From the NCBI GenBank assembly GCA_965203905.1, contig CBDBDQ010000005.1, positions 3,008,001 through 3,072,000 on the forward strand: a DNA stretch of 64,000 nucleotides. The letters run 5' to 3'. Position numbers and translations under genes: made by a program. The DNA comes from Spirochaetia bacterium. GTDB taxonomy: Bacteria > Spirochaetota > Spirochaetia > SZUA-6 > Bin103. The stretch's first letter is position 1. Every line of letters starts with the position of its first letter. The notes below the pieces were generated by a model that had not been told where the DNA came from, searched no databases, and worked only from the letters and a program-made list of their open reading frames with translations. This document shows, one piece after another, positions 1-9,198 of the stretch.

Positions 1-1071
1 GCGTTCGACCAGGTGCGGGCACGCGAGCCGTGGCTGCCCGATGCCGCCAGCGGCCAGCGGCGGGTGCACTACGCCGACATCGTGTGGTCCAAGCGCAGCC
101 AGGACTTCGCCCAGGAGCGGCACGCGCGGGTGCACGTGGAGGGGCTCGAGGGGGTGCACGAGGCGTTGCTGGAGCGCCACGTGCTGCACGGCGTGGTGAC
201 CGAGCGGCGGATCGCGGAGGGGCGGGCCGGCAGCCCGCGGGTGCTGGTGCTGCCCAGCGTGGCGTGCATGAGCGACGCGGTCGCGGCCGGGCTGCGGCGC
301 TTCGTGGAGGCGGGCGGCGGGCTGGTGGCGACCTACCGCACGTCGCTGGCGGACGAGCTGGGGCGGCCGCGCGACAACTTCCTGCTGGCCGACCTGTTCG
401 GCTGCGACTACCTGGAGCCGATGGCCTTCACCTACAGCTTCATGCGCTACGACGCGGCCGGCCCGCTGACCGCCGGCCTGGAGCTGGGCTGGCCGATGGC
501 GCTGTGGCACCTGCTGCAGCTCAAGGTGGCGCCGCGCGCCGGCGCCGAGGGCCAGGGGGTGATCGTCAACCCGATGCGGGGGATGATGATGGGCCACCCG
601 CCGCAGGAGGACACCCCCTATCCGGCCGCGGTGTGCAACCGCTTCGGCGCCGGGCGCGTGGTGTACTTCCCGCAGCCGCTGGGGCAGGCGTACCACGGCT
701 ACGGCCATCCCGACTTCCGCGCGCTGCTGGAGAACGCGGTGCGCTGGGCCGCCGGCGCGGGGCCGCCGGTCGAGGTGCACGCTCCGGCGACGGTGGAGGC
801 GGTGCTGTGGGAGCAGCCGGCGGAGGCTGCCGGTGAATCGGCGCGCTACCTGCACCTGATCAACCGCACGCCGGGCGGGCCGGTGCGCACCAAGGCCAGC
901 GTGATCACCGAGGAGATCCCGGTGTTCGAGCTGGAGGTGCGGACACGCTTCCCGGTGCGGCGGGCGCTGCTGCAGCCGGCGGGGCAGGAGCTGGCGCTGA
1001 CGGCGGACGGCGAGGGCGCGCGCCTGGTGGTGCCGCGGGTCGACGTGCATGCTATCGTGGAGTTGGCATGA
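1..1071 (+). CDS. Glycoside hydrolase-associated protein with beta-galactosidase trimerisation (class I GATase-like) domain, 5' truncated by window edge
   Basis: Frame open from base 1. VLVLPSVACMSD...RRFVEAGGGLVATYRTSLADE..G..R.NF.LADLFG is typical of GH42/GHL6-type trimerisation domains. Stop overlaps the next ATG. Confidence 0.7.
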   Translation, partial: AFDQVRAREPWLPDAASGQRRVHYADIVWSKRSQDFAQERHARVHVEGLEGVHEALLERHVLHGVVTERRIAEGRAGSPRVLVLPSVACMSDAVAAGLRRFVEAGGGLVATYRTSLADELGRPRDNFLLADLFGCDYLEPMAFTYSFMRYDAAGPLTAGLELGWPMALWHLLQLKVAPRAGAEGQGVIVNPMRGMMMGHPPQEDTPYPAAVCNRFGAGRVVYFPQPLGQAYHGYGHPDFRALLENAVRWAAGAGPPVEVHAPATVEAVLWEQPAEAAGESARYLHLINRTPGGPVRTKASVITEEIPVFELEVRTRFPVRRALLQPAGQELALTADGEGARLVVPRVDVHAIVELA

Positions 1072-2633
1072 TGCGCGGCCCGACCACGGCACCCACCTTC
1101 TCCGTGCTGATCGCCGGCGGCACCGTGGTGGACGGCTCCGGTGCGCCGGCCTACCGCGCCGACCTCGGCCTGCGCGGGGATGCGATCGCCGCCATCGGCG
1201 ACCTCGGCGCCGCCGGCGCGGAGCTCACCATCGACGCGCGCGGCCTCACCGTCAGCCCCGGCTTCGTGGACGTGCACGTCCACAGCGAGCTGGCCATCCT
1301 GGGCGGCCGCGACCAGCTTGCCGGCGTGCGCCAGGGGATCACCACCAACCTGCTTGCTCCCGACGGCTTCGGCTGGGCCCCGCTGGAGGCGGCGCCGGGG
1401 GCGGAGCTGTTCGCCTATACCGCGCCCCTCTACGGCAACCCCCCGGTGGACGCGTACTGGCCGACCATCGACGCCTACCTGGACCGCTTCACCGGCGCCA
1501 CTCCGCTCAACGTGCTGCCGCAGGTGCCGCACTGCGCGGTGCGCATGGCGACGATGGGCTGGGAGGCACGCCATCCGACCGGCGCCGAGCTGGCCGCCAT
1601 GGAGGAGGGCACCCGCGCCTGGCTGGACGCCGGCGCCGGTGCGCTGTGCCTGGGGCTGGACTACCAGCCGAGCGCCAACGCCAGCTTCGAGGAGCTGGTC
1701 GCACTGTGCCGCATTACCGCCCAATACGGCGGAATCTATGCCGCCCATCAGCGTTACGGGCACCTGGGCAAGCGGCTCGCGTGGAGCGAGACCATCGAGC
1801 TGTCGAAGGCTTCGGGATGTCCCGTGCACGCCAGCCACGAGCGGGTCGACGAGGAGTCGGCGGCCATCCTGGAGCACGTGGATCGCGAGGGGGTGGACCT
1901 GTCGTTCGAGTCCTACCTGTATGCCGCCGGCATGACCCACCTGCAGTCCGGGCTGCCGATCCACCTGCATCCGGGCGGCTGGCCGGCGGTGGCGCAACGC
2001 CTGCGGCGCCCGGGCGCGCGGGAGCAGGCGCTGGCGGGACTGGAGGTCCGGATCGGCCGCGGCGACCAGATCATCGGCTTCACCCGCTCCGGCCGCCACG
2101 TCGGCCTGCGTCTGGACGAGGTCGCGGAATCGGCGGGCAAGACGCCAGTCGAGCTCGCCTACGACCTCCTGGTGGAGGAGGAGGGCATGGTGACCCTGGT
2201 GTTTCCCTGGCAGAACCCGCTGGTAGAGCACGAACCCGTGATCGCCGCGACCGCCGTCCATCCGCGCATGATGGTGGCCAGCGACGGTGTCTACGACATC
2301 CCGCATCCCCATCCGCGCGGCTACGGCTGCTTTGCGCGGGTCCTGGGCGAGTTCGTCCGCGACCGTGGCCTCATGACCCTGCCGCAGGCGATCCACAAGA
2401 TGAGCGGCTTCCCGGCACAGCGGTTCCGGGTGCCCAACCGGGGGCTGATCCGGGTCGGCGCGGCCGCCGACCTGGCGCTGTTCGACGCCGACGCCATTGC
2501 CGCGTGCGCCACCTTCGAGCAGCCGTTGCAACCGGCGGAGGGGATGCGCTGGGTGCTGGTGAACGGCGAGCCGGTGATCGCCGCCGGCGAGCCGACCGGC
2601 GCCCTGCCCGGCCGCGTGCTGGCCCGCGCCTAG
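1068..2633 (+). CDS. N-acyl-D-amino-acid deacylase / amidohydrolase family
   Basis: GGTVVDGSGAPAYRADLG, PGFVDVHVHSE, HPHPRGYGCFARVLG and GAAADLALFD motifs. Confidence 0.85.
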   Translation: MMRGPTTAPTFSVLIAGGTVVDGSGAPAYRADLGLRGDAIAAIGDLGAAGAELTIDARGLTVSPGFVDVHVHSELAILGGRDQLAGVRQGITTNLLAPDGFGWAPLEAAPGAELFAYTAPLYGNPPVDAYWPTIDAYLDRFTGATPLNVLPQVPHCAVRMATMGWEARHPTGAELAAMEEGTRAWLDAGAGALCLGLDYQPSANASFEELVALCRITAQYGGIYAAHQRYGHLGKRLAWSETIELSKASGCPVHASHERVDEESAAILEHVDREGVDLSFESYLYAAGMTHLQSGLPIHLHPGGWPAVAQRLRRPGAREQALAGLEVRIGRGDQIIGFTRSGRHVGLRLDEVAESAGKTPVELAYDLLVEEEGMVTLVFPWQNPLVEHEPVIAATAVHPRMMVASDGVYDIPHPHPRGYGCFARVLGEFVRDRGLMTLPQAIHKMSGFPAQRFRVPNRGLIRVGAAADLALFDADAIAACATFEQPLQPAEGMRWVLVNGEPVIAAGEPTGALPGRVLARA

Positions 2634-2642
2634 CAGCAGCCG

Positions 2643-3719
2643 ATGCAGATCACGGTGCGATTGCGCGACGGGTCCAGCCTCGAGATCGAAGTCGCCGCGC
2701 CGCCGTTCGACATCTCCTACGACGACTTCCGCCTGTGCTGGTGGCCGATGATCCGCGACGACCTGCTGCAGGGCAGGATGAACCGCTGGCTCTACGCGCC
2801 GCATTTCATCGGCCGCATCGACGGCAACCCCGCCGGCTCGATGTGCTATTACGCACCGCGGGACAGCGAGGCCGTGGGTGCGGTGGAGTTCGTCGGCACC
2901 GAGGAGCGCTTCCGCCGCCGCGGCGTCGCCTCGGCCCTGCTGGGTACGCTGGTGGAGCACTTCACCGCCCGCGGCGGGAAGGCGCTCTACCTGTGCACCG
3001 ACAACCCGGTCGCCGGCCATCTTTACGAGCGCCACGGGTTTTGCTACCACGTCGGCGACGGGATGCGATACCTGGCTCCGCATGCCGCCGACTTCGACCG
3101 CCGCTGGTTCGCCGCGGGCGGCGCCGCCACGATTCGCGACGCGCACTGGGGCGACCTGGCCCGGATGTGCGTGCTCTACAACCACCCCGATCCGGCGTGG
3201 CTGGTCAAGGACCCGCTGTCGGCGGCGTTCCGCGACACCCGCTACGAGCGCCACTTCGTGAGCGTGCTGCGGCAGATCGAGGACGGCGCGGGCGCGTTCC
3301 TGCTGCTGGAGGCGGACGGGTCGCGGGTAGTGGGCGCCGCGGCGTTCCGCCGCCGGGACACCTTCTACGAGCAGCACGTCGCCACCCTGAGCCTGCGCGT
3401 CGCGCGCGGTTACTTCGGTCTGGCGGCGGACCTGCTGGAGACAGCCGCCGTTCGCGCCGCGGCCCTCGGCATCCGCCAGTTGGCGCTGCCGCTCGCGGCC
3501 GAGGACGACGAGCCGCGGCGGCTGGCGCAGGCGGCCGGATTCGAGGAGGGCCCGCGCTGGCCGCGGCGGCTGCGCGACGCAGAGGGCCGCTTCGTCGACC
3601 TCACCTTCATGCTGCGCGAACTGAACCCATCCGCTTCCGGCGACCGGCCCCGCGAGTCGTTCTACGGCGAACGCCACCCCTGGCAGGCCGCCCGCGCGGA
3701 GGCCGCCCGGCGGCCCTGA
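2643..3719 (+). CDS. Tandem-domain GNAT family N-acetyltransferase
   Basis: Motif A VGTEERFRRRGVASALL and LYERHGF; second degenerate GNAT domain at C-terminus. Confidence 0.75.
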   Translation: MQITVRLRDGSSLEIEVAAPPFDISYDDFRLCWWPMIRDDLLQGRMNRWLYAPHFIGRIDGNPAGSMCYYAPRDSEAVGAVEFVGTEERFRRRGVASALLGTLVEHFTARGGKALYLCTDNPVAGHLYERHGFCYHVGDGMRYLAPHAADFDRRWFAAGGAATIRDAHWGDLARMCVLYNHPDPAWLVKDPLSAAFRDTRYERHFVSVLRQIEDGAGAFLLLEADGSRVVGAAAFRRRDTFYEQHVATLSLRVARGYFGLAADLLETAAVRAAALGIRQLALPLAAEDDEPRRLAQAAGFEEGPRWPRRLRDAEGRFVDLTFMLRELNPSASGDRPRESFYGERHPWQAARAEAARRP

Positions 3720-3781
3720 TCCACGCACGGAGCTTGACATCTACCGACGGTATCACGGAGCCTTGTAGCCGGAAGAGGAGC

Positions 3782-3913
3782 ATGACCTACTACGTGACCC
3801 CGGTATGGGACGCGGAACATCGCATCTATCGGTCAGAGAGCAACGTTGCAGGATTGCAGGTCGAGGCACCCACGTGGAACTATGGCGAGCCGCTACTACA
3901 GAGAAGTGTCTAG
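3782..3913 (+). pseudogene. Truncated DUF1902/HicB-like antitoxin remnant (43 aa)
   Basis: RBS GAGGAG then MTYYVTPVWDAEHRIYRSESNVAGLQVEAPTW, resembling the W-D-x-E...S-x-V-x-GL-x-x-EA start of DUF1902/HicB proteins; ends prematurely. Confidence 0.55.
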
Positions 3914-3934
3914 CGGAGCGATGGAGCAACGCCG

Positions 3935-4696
3935 GTGAACGGCAACGCCGAAGCGGCCGCCCCCGACGTGAACCGTGATCCGCGGCGGTTCGCGGCCGAA
4001 GGATACTGTGTCTTTCCGCAGGTTTTCGACGCTTCCGATGTGGCCGCCAATCGGGGCCTGCTCGAAGAGGCAATCGAGTCCGGAATGCTTCAGCGACCCA
4101 ACTATCTCCTGGAGCCGCACACTCTCGATCGGCGCTGGCTGGACATCTGCCGGCATCCGGGCGTGCTCGACGCCGTGGCGGCGGTACTCGGGCCGAACCT
4201 GATTCTCGTGTACTCGAGTGTGTTCATCAAACCGGCGCATGGATCGGGCAGGGTGGCCTGGCATCAGGACAACAACTACTGGCCGAGCGTGCACGGCACC
4301 GACGTGGTCACGGTGTGGCTTGCAATCGATGACGCCGACGCGGACAACTCCGCAATGCAGGTCATACCGCGTTCCCACGCCGGCTATCGCGAGTATGCCA
4401 CCGTTCCGACGGCGGATGCGGCGGAGATGCTGCCGAAGAAGGTGGAGGTGACGGACGAAATGGAGCAGTCCGCGGTCACCTTGGCCATGCCCGCCGGTGC
4501 GCTGTCGATTCACGATTCTTTCCTGCTGCACGGCAGCGGTACGAACCGGACCGCGCGGCGGCGAGCCGGCTACACCATTCGGTACTGCAGCACGGACACG
4601 ACGTGGCTCGACGTGGACGAGCATCCGATACCGGTCTACCTGGTGCGCGGCGAAGCGGGCGCTCGCGGCGAGCGTTACGTGGATGTGCGCGGCTGA
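3935..4696 (+). CDS. Phytanoyl-CoA dioxygenase (PhyH) family Fe(II)/2-oxoglutarate oxygenase
   Basis: FIKP...WHQDNNYW, VTVWLAIDDADADNSAMQVIPRSH, LLHGSGTNRT..RR. Confidence 0.9.
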   Translation: MNGNAEAAAPDVNRDPRRFAAEGYCVFPQVFDASDVAANRGLLEEAIESGMLQRPNYLLEPHTLDRRWLDICRHPGVLDAVAAVLGPNLILVYSSVFIKPAHGSGRVAWHQDNNYWPSVHGTDVVTVWLAIDDADADNSAMQVIPRSHAGYREYATVPTADAAEMLPKKVEVTDEMEQSAVTLAMPAGALSIHDSFLLHGSGTNRTARRRAGYTIRYCSTDTTWLDVDEHPIPVYLVRGEAGARGERYVDVRG

Positions 4697-4711
4697 CGCG
4701 GGTCCACGCCG

Positions 4712-5866
4712 ATGAGTGACGGCGAGAAGCCGCTGGCGGCCGTCCGCGACGAGTTGCGCGTCGAGTGGTACCGCAGCCCGATCCCGCCGGCGAAGCTGCG
4801 CGAGCTGATGCAACGGAGCGACCTGCAAGGATGGTGGCAGTGTGCCGGACACCTCGCTCTGGTGGTCGCTGCCGGCATGCTCACGTACGCCTTCTGGAGA
4901 CAGGAGTCGTGGCCGGCGTTCGCCGTCGCGTTGTTCGTCTACGGGACGTTCAGCAGCTTCCTGCCCGGCGCGGCGGTACATGAGTTGGGCCACGGCACCG
5001 TGTTCCGCACCAAGTGGCTCAACAAGCTGTTCCTGTACCTCTTCAGCCTGCCAAGCTGGTGGAACCCGTTCGACTACGCGTCCAGCCACACCTACCACCA
5101 CCGGTACACCCTGCATCCGGAGGGCGACCGCGAGGTGATCCTGCCCCTCAAGCCGACGCCACCCTTCCGGGTTGCGTTGACGCTGTTCACCATCAGCCTG
5201 TTCAGCCGCCCGGTGAGTATTTTCGGAAGAGGTGGGCTGTTCACCGCGATTGTGGATACGGTTCGCACGGCACTTGGCGTGAACGTTCCGGCCGACACGC
5301 CGGCGCGGAAGTGGCTCATCGCCCTACGCGTGGACCAGCCCGAGGAGATGCGCAACGCGACAAGGTGGGCACGGCTGGTGTTGCTGTTCCATGCGCTGGT
5401 GCTGGCGGTGACCATTGCGACCGGCCTGTGGGTGCTGCCGATTCTGCTCTCGGTGGCAACTTTCATCGGTCCCTGGTGGATCTACGCGGTCGGCATTACG
5501 CAGCACACCGGTCTCCGCAACGACGTGGCGGACTTCCGTAAGTGCACGCGCTCGGTGAAGCTCGACCCGCTGTCGGAGTTCCTCTACTGGCGCATGAATT
5601 GGCACATCGAGCATCACATGTATGCCGGCATCCCCTGCTACAACCTGAAGCGGCTGTCGCGCGAGATCGCGGCTGACCTGCCGGCGCCGCGCACGTTCCG
5701 CGGTGCCTGGCGAGAAATGCGCGACATCTGGAAGCGTCAGCAGACCGATCCCACCTACCAGTTCGATGTTCCTCTGCCCCCGACGGCAGGAAGCGCCCGC
5801 GGCGACATCGCGGACCAGATCGAACAGTCGGTCGGCGACCTGGCTCCCAGGGGCCTGGCGCGCTGA
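4712..5866 (+). CDS. Membrane fatty-acid desaturase family diiron enzyme (MocD-like)
   Basis: Three His boxes HELGH, HTYHH, HIEHH; FLYWRMNWHIEHHMY motif; hydrophobic helices. Confidence 0.85.
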   Translation: MSDGEKPLAAVRDELRVEWYRSPIPPAKLRELMQRSDLQGWWQCAGHLALVVAAGMLTYAFWRQESWPAFAVALFVYGTFSSFLPGAAVHELGHGTVFRTKWLNKLFLYLFSLPSWWNPFDYASSHTYHHRYTLHPEGDREVILPLKPTPPFRVALTLFTISLFSRPVSIFGRGGLFTAIVDTVRTALGVNVPADTPARKWLIALRVDQPEEMRNATRWARLVLLFHALVLAVTIATGLWVLPILLSVATFIGPWWIYAVGITQHTGLRNDVADFRKCTRSVKLDPLSEFLYWRMNWHIEHHMYAGIPCYNLKRLSREIAADLPAPRTFRGAWREMRDIWKRQQTDPTYQFDVPLPPTAGSARGDIADQIEQSVGDLAPRGLAR

Positions 5867-6038
5867 GCGCGATTCAACTGTCTATCAACCAGGCCAGCAT
5901 CGCGGCGGGTATGGCCGCGACCTCGGGATCTTCGAGGTTCAACTCGGTGCGCGTGGCCAGAATCCCGCGCCACCAGGATGCGTGCAACGTCAGCGCGTCC
6001 CGCTTCCAGCGGCCACCGGCAGACAGTCTTGTACTTCT

Positions 6039-6067
6039 TTGACCGGCGAGCGCGAGTCACTTAGAAT
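6039..6067 (+). promoter_or_regulatory. Sigma70-type promoter TTGACC-17-TAGAAT
   Basis: TTGACC 6039-6044, 17-nt spacer, TAGAAT 6062-6067, 6 nt before GTG 6074. Confidence 0.65.
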
Positions 6068-6073
6068 CCGGCC

Positions 6074-7120
6074 GTGGGAAGAATGGTCAAATCCGTGCGC
6101 TGGACCGAGGACCTGACGCTGGCGGTCGGAGAGCGCGAGGCCGCCGATCCGGGTGCCGGTGAGGTGCAGGTTCGAGTCGGCAGCGTTGGCATCTGCGGTT
6201 CGGACCTACACTTCTATAGAGGAGAATTCAACGCTCGGCCGGGCGTGGTGCCGGGCCATGAGTGGGGCGGCACGGTGACAGCGGTCGGCAGCGGTGTCCG
6301 CCATGTGCGCGAGGGGGACCTGGTCGGCGTAGAGCCGGTGCTGCGATGTGGCACCTGCCCGTTTTGCCACAGCGGCGACTACCACGTGTGTGAGCAGCGG
6401 GGACTCGTTGGCGAAAATGTGGACGGTGGCATGACCGAGCTCGCCCTCACACCGGCGTTCACCGTCTTCACGGCACCGGCTGGGATCGACGTCGAGCTGA
6501 CTGCGCTGGCCGAGCCGCTGGCCTGCTCCGTGCACGGCTTCGACAAGGTCGGCCTGCGGCGCGGCGAGACCGTCCTCATCGTCGGTGCCGGATCCATCGG
6601 GCTCACCGCATTGCTGGCCGCCAGGGCTGCGAGCGCGACCACCATCATCGTCGCCCGCTATCCGCATCAGCAGCGAGCGGCGCGACGACTTGGCGCGCAC
6701 GAGGTGTTGGGCGACGACGAGGCGGGCCATGAACGGCTGGACGAGCTGGCCAGGAAGCGGCTGGTCGACGTGGCCGTCGAGACGGTAGGCGGAACGGGGG
6801 ACACGCTGCTGACGGCCCAGCGAGCGACGCGGCCGAAGGGAAGGGTCCTCCTGCTCGGCGTATTCACCAAGCGGACTGTCAGCATCGACCCGTTGCTCGC
6901 CGCGCTTCGCGAGCATCAGATCGTCGGCTCGATGACCTACGGGGCTCGCGACGGACGCACGGACTACGAGATGGCCATGGAGCTTCTCGCCGACCATGCC
7001 GACCACGGTCGCTCGCTCATCACCCAGCGCTTCCCGCTCGACGACGTGCACAGCGCGTTTGCCGCAGCGCTGGACAAGTCGTCGCAATCGATCAAGGTGC
7101 ACATCAGACCAAACGACTAA
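6074..7120 (+). CDS. Zinc-dependent alcohol/sugar-alcohol dehydrogenase (MDR family)
   Basis: GICGSDLH, GHEWGG, CGTCPFC..GDYHVC, GAGSIG; alternative start ATG 6083. Confidence 0.9.
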   Translation: MGRMVKSVRWTEDLTLAVGEREAADPGAGEVQVRVGSVGICGSDLHFYRGEFNARPGVVPGHEWGGTVTAVGSGVRHVREGDLVGVEPVLRCGTCPFCHSGDYHVCEQRGLVGENVDGGMTELALTPAFTVFTAPAGIDVELTALAEPLACSVHGFDKVGLRRGETVLIVGAGSIGLTALLAARAASATTIIVARYPHQQRAARRLGAHEVLGDDEAGHERLDELARKRLVDVAVETVGGTGDTLLTAQRATRPKGRVLLLGVFTKRTVSIDPLLAALREHQIVGSMTYGARDGRTDYEMAMELLADHADHGRSLITQRFPLDDVHSAFAAALDKSSQSIKVHIRPND

Positions 7121-7138
7121 GGCGAAGGGGTTGGCGAC

Positions 7139-8617
7139 GTGAGTGCGCGGGCCGTCATGGTTCAGGGGACGGCTTCGGACGCGGGCAAGTCGGTGGTGGT
7201 GGCGGGGCTGTGCCGCGCGGCCCGGCGGCGGGGCTTGCGGGTGGCGCCGTTCAAGCCGCAGAACATGTCCAACAATGCCGCCGCCTGCGGCGACGGGGGC
7301 GAGATCGGCCGCGCCCAGGCGTTGCAGGCACGCGCCGCCGGCCTGGTGTCGCGCACCGACTTCAACCCGGTGCTGCTGAAGCCGCAGACCGACCGCGGCG
7401 CACAGGTGGTGGTGCACGGGCAGCCGGTCGGTATGCTGCACGCCGCCGACTACCGCGCCGGCCGCGGCCGCCTGCTGGGCGCGGTGATGGAGAGCTTCGC
7501 GCGCCTGGTGGCGGAATTCGACCTGGTGATCGTGGAGGGAGCCGGCAGTCCCGCGGAGGTGAACCTGCGCGCCGGCGACATCGCCAACATGGGCTTCGCG
7601 CGCCGCGCCGGGGTGCCGGTGTGCCTGCTCGGTGACATCGACCGCGGCGGGGTCATCGCCGCCCTGGCGGGCACTGGCGCCGTGCTGGAGGCCGCGGACC
7701 GGGCGCTCATTGCGGGGTTCCTGATCAACAAGCTGCGGGGCGCCCCGGCGCTGTTCGAGGACGGCGTGCGGATCATCGAACGCCACACCGGCTGGCCCTG
7801 CTTCGGCGTCGTTCCGTGGCTGCCGGCGGCGCAACGGCTCCCGGCGGAGGATGCCGCGTCGCTGCCGGAGACCGGCCGCGCGCGGGACGGCCGGGTGCGG
7901 ATCGCGGCGCCGGTGCTGTCGCGGCTGGCCAACCACGACGACGCCGACCCGCTACGGCTGGAGCCGAACGTGGACTTCGAGTTCGTGGCGCCGGGCCGGC
8001 CACTGCCGCGCGCAGCGGACGTGGTGCTGCTGTTCGGCACCAAGTCTACGATCGGCGACCTGGCGTTCCTGCGCGCCGAGGGCTGGGACCACGACATCCT
8101 GGCGCACGCCCGGGCCGGCGGACGCGTGGTCGGGGTGTGCGGCGGGTTCCAGATGCTGGGGCGCCGTGTCCACGACCCGGCGGGGACGGACGGGCCGGCC
8201 GGGTCGGTGGAAGGTCTTGGCCTGCTCGACCTGGAGACGACGATGCAGGAGGAGAAGACGGTGCGTCCCGCGCGCGGGCGCTGCGCTTTGAGCGATACTC
8301 CCGTCACCGGCTACGAGATTCACACCGGCCGCTCGCACGGCGCCGACCTGGCGCGGCCGCTGTTTCACCTGGAGACCGGCGCGGACGGCGCGCGCAGTGC
8401 CGACGGACTGGTCGAGGGTACCTATCTGCACGGCCTGTTCGCGAACGACGCCTACCGGCGCTCCTGGCTGGAGCGCGTCGCGGCGGGCTCGGCGTCGTCG
8501 CTGCAGTACGAGGCGGTCGTGGACGCGGCGCTGGACGAGGTAGCGGATGCCCTGGCTGCGGCGCTCGACCTGGACGCTCTGTTCGGTGCCGCGCGCCGGC
8601 CCGACGTCGCCGTCTGA
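7139..8617 (+). CDS. cobQ: Cobyric acid synthase
   Basis: MVQGTASDAGKS, PFKPQNMSNNAA, EGAGSPAEVNLR, GVCGGFQMLG, GYEIH, GTYLHGLF. Confidence 0.95.
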   Translation: MSARAVMVQGTASDAGKSVVVAGLCRAARRRGLRVAPFKPQNMSNNAAACGDGGEIGRAQALQARAAGLVSRTDFNPVLLKPQTDRGAQVVVHGQPVGMLHAADYRAGRGRLLGAVMESFARLVAEFDLVIVEGAGSPAEVNLRAGDIANMGFARRAGVPVCLLGDIDRGGVIAALAGTGAVLEAADRALIAGFLINKLRGAPALFEDGVRIIERHTGWPCFGVVPWLPAAQRLPAEDAASLPETGRARDGRVRIAAPVLSRLANHDDADPLRLEPNVDFEFVAPGRPLPRAADVVLLFGTKSTIGDLAFLRAEGWDHDILAHARAGGRVVGVCGGFQMLGRRVHDPAGTDGPAGSVEGLGLLDLETTMQEEKTVRPARGRCALSDTPVTGYEIHTGRSHGADLARPLFHLETGADGARSADGLVEGTYLHGLFANDAYRRSWLERVAAGSASSLQYEAVVDAALDEVADALAAALDLDALFGAARRPDVAV

Positions 8618-8631
8618 TCCGTCCCGGCGGG

Positions 8632-9198
8632 TCAGGGCTCGATTTGAGAGAACGGCTGCGGGTTCAGTTGGTTCAGCTCCAGGGCGAGCCCGGCCACCAT
8701 GAGGTATACGCGGTCGGCGCGCGCGGCAACGAGTTGATTCACACGGCCAAGCGCGTCGCGGTAGACGCGTCCCAGCGGCGACGGCGGCACCACGCCGAGC
8801 CCCACCTCGTTGCTGATCACGATCCAGGTCGCCGTGGAGCGGCCGATCATCTCGACCAGCGTTTCCGCGGCGTCGAGGATTACCGGTTCCGCGCCGGAGC
8901 CGTCCGGGTGCCGCAGCAGCAGGTTGCTGACCCACAGGGTGAGGCAGTCCAGCACCACCGTGTCATAGCGGTCCAGGATCGGGCCGGCCGCGGCAACCGG
9001 GTCGAGCGGCTCCTCCAGGGTGTCCCAGGCGCTCGGCCGCCGTGCGCGGTGGGCGGAAATGCGGCGGCGCATCTCGTCGTCCAGCGCCTCCGCGGTGGCG
9101 ATGAACAGTACCCGCCGGCCGGCCTGTGCCAGCCGCTCCGCCGCGGCGCTCTTGCCGGCGCGGGCGCCGCCGAGCAGCAGGATCAGCTCGCCGTTCAC
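8632..9198 (-). CDS. cobU: Bifunctional adenosylcobinamide kinase / cobinamide-phosphate guanylyltransferase
   Basis: LLGGARAGKS, ATAEALDDEMRRRI..H, DCLTLWVSNLL, SNEVGLGVVP; GTG start overlaps cobC stop (GTGA). Confidence 0.95.
   Translation of the reverse strand: MNGELILLLGGARAGKSAAAERLAQAGRRVLFIATAEALDDEMRRRISAHRARRPSAWDTLEEPLDPVAAAGPILDRYDTVVLDCLTLWVSNLLLRHPDGSGAEPVILDAAETLVEMIGRSTATWIVISNEVGLGVVPPSPLGRVYRDALGRVNQLVAARADRVYLMVAGLALELNQLNPQPFSQIEP

Noticed and set aside
846-3740. 964-aa minus-strand ORF and similar long shadow ORFs (1049-3913, 12405-14594, 14548-16587, 35170-37365, 57923-59839)
   Set aside because: Antisense or off-frame shadows of recognisable genes; Arg/Ala/Pro-rich with no motifs, as expected in high-GC DNA
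3734-3760. TTGACA upstream of the DUF1902 stub
   Set aside because: No acceptable -10 at 16-18 nt spacing
5870-6060. Minus-strand MTRARRSKKYKT as a possible IS903-type transposase start or gene remnant
   Set aside because: Only a KYKT tetrapeptide matches, there are no IS ends, and the region is explained by the ADH promoter
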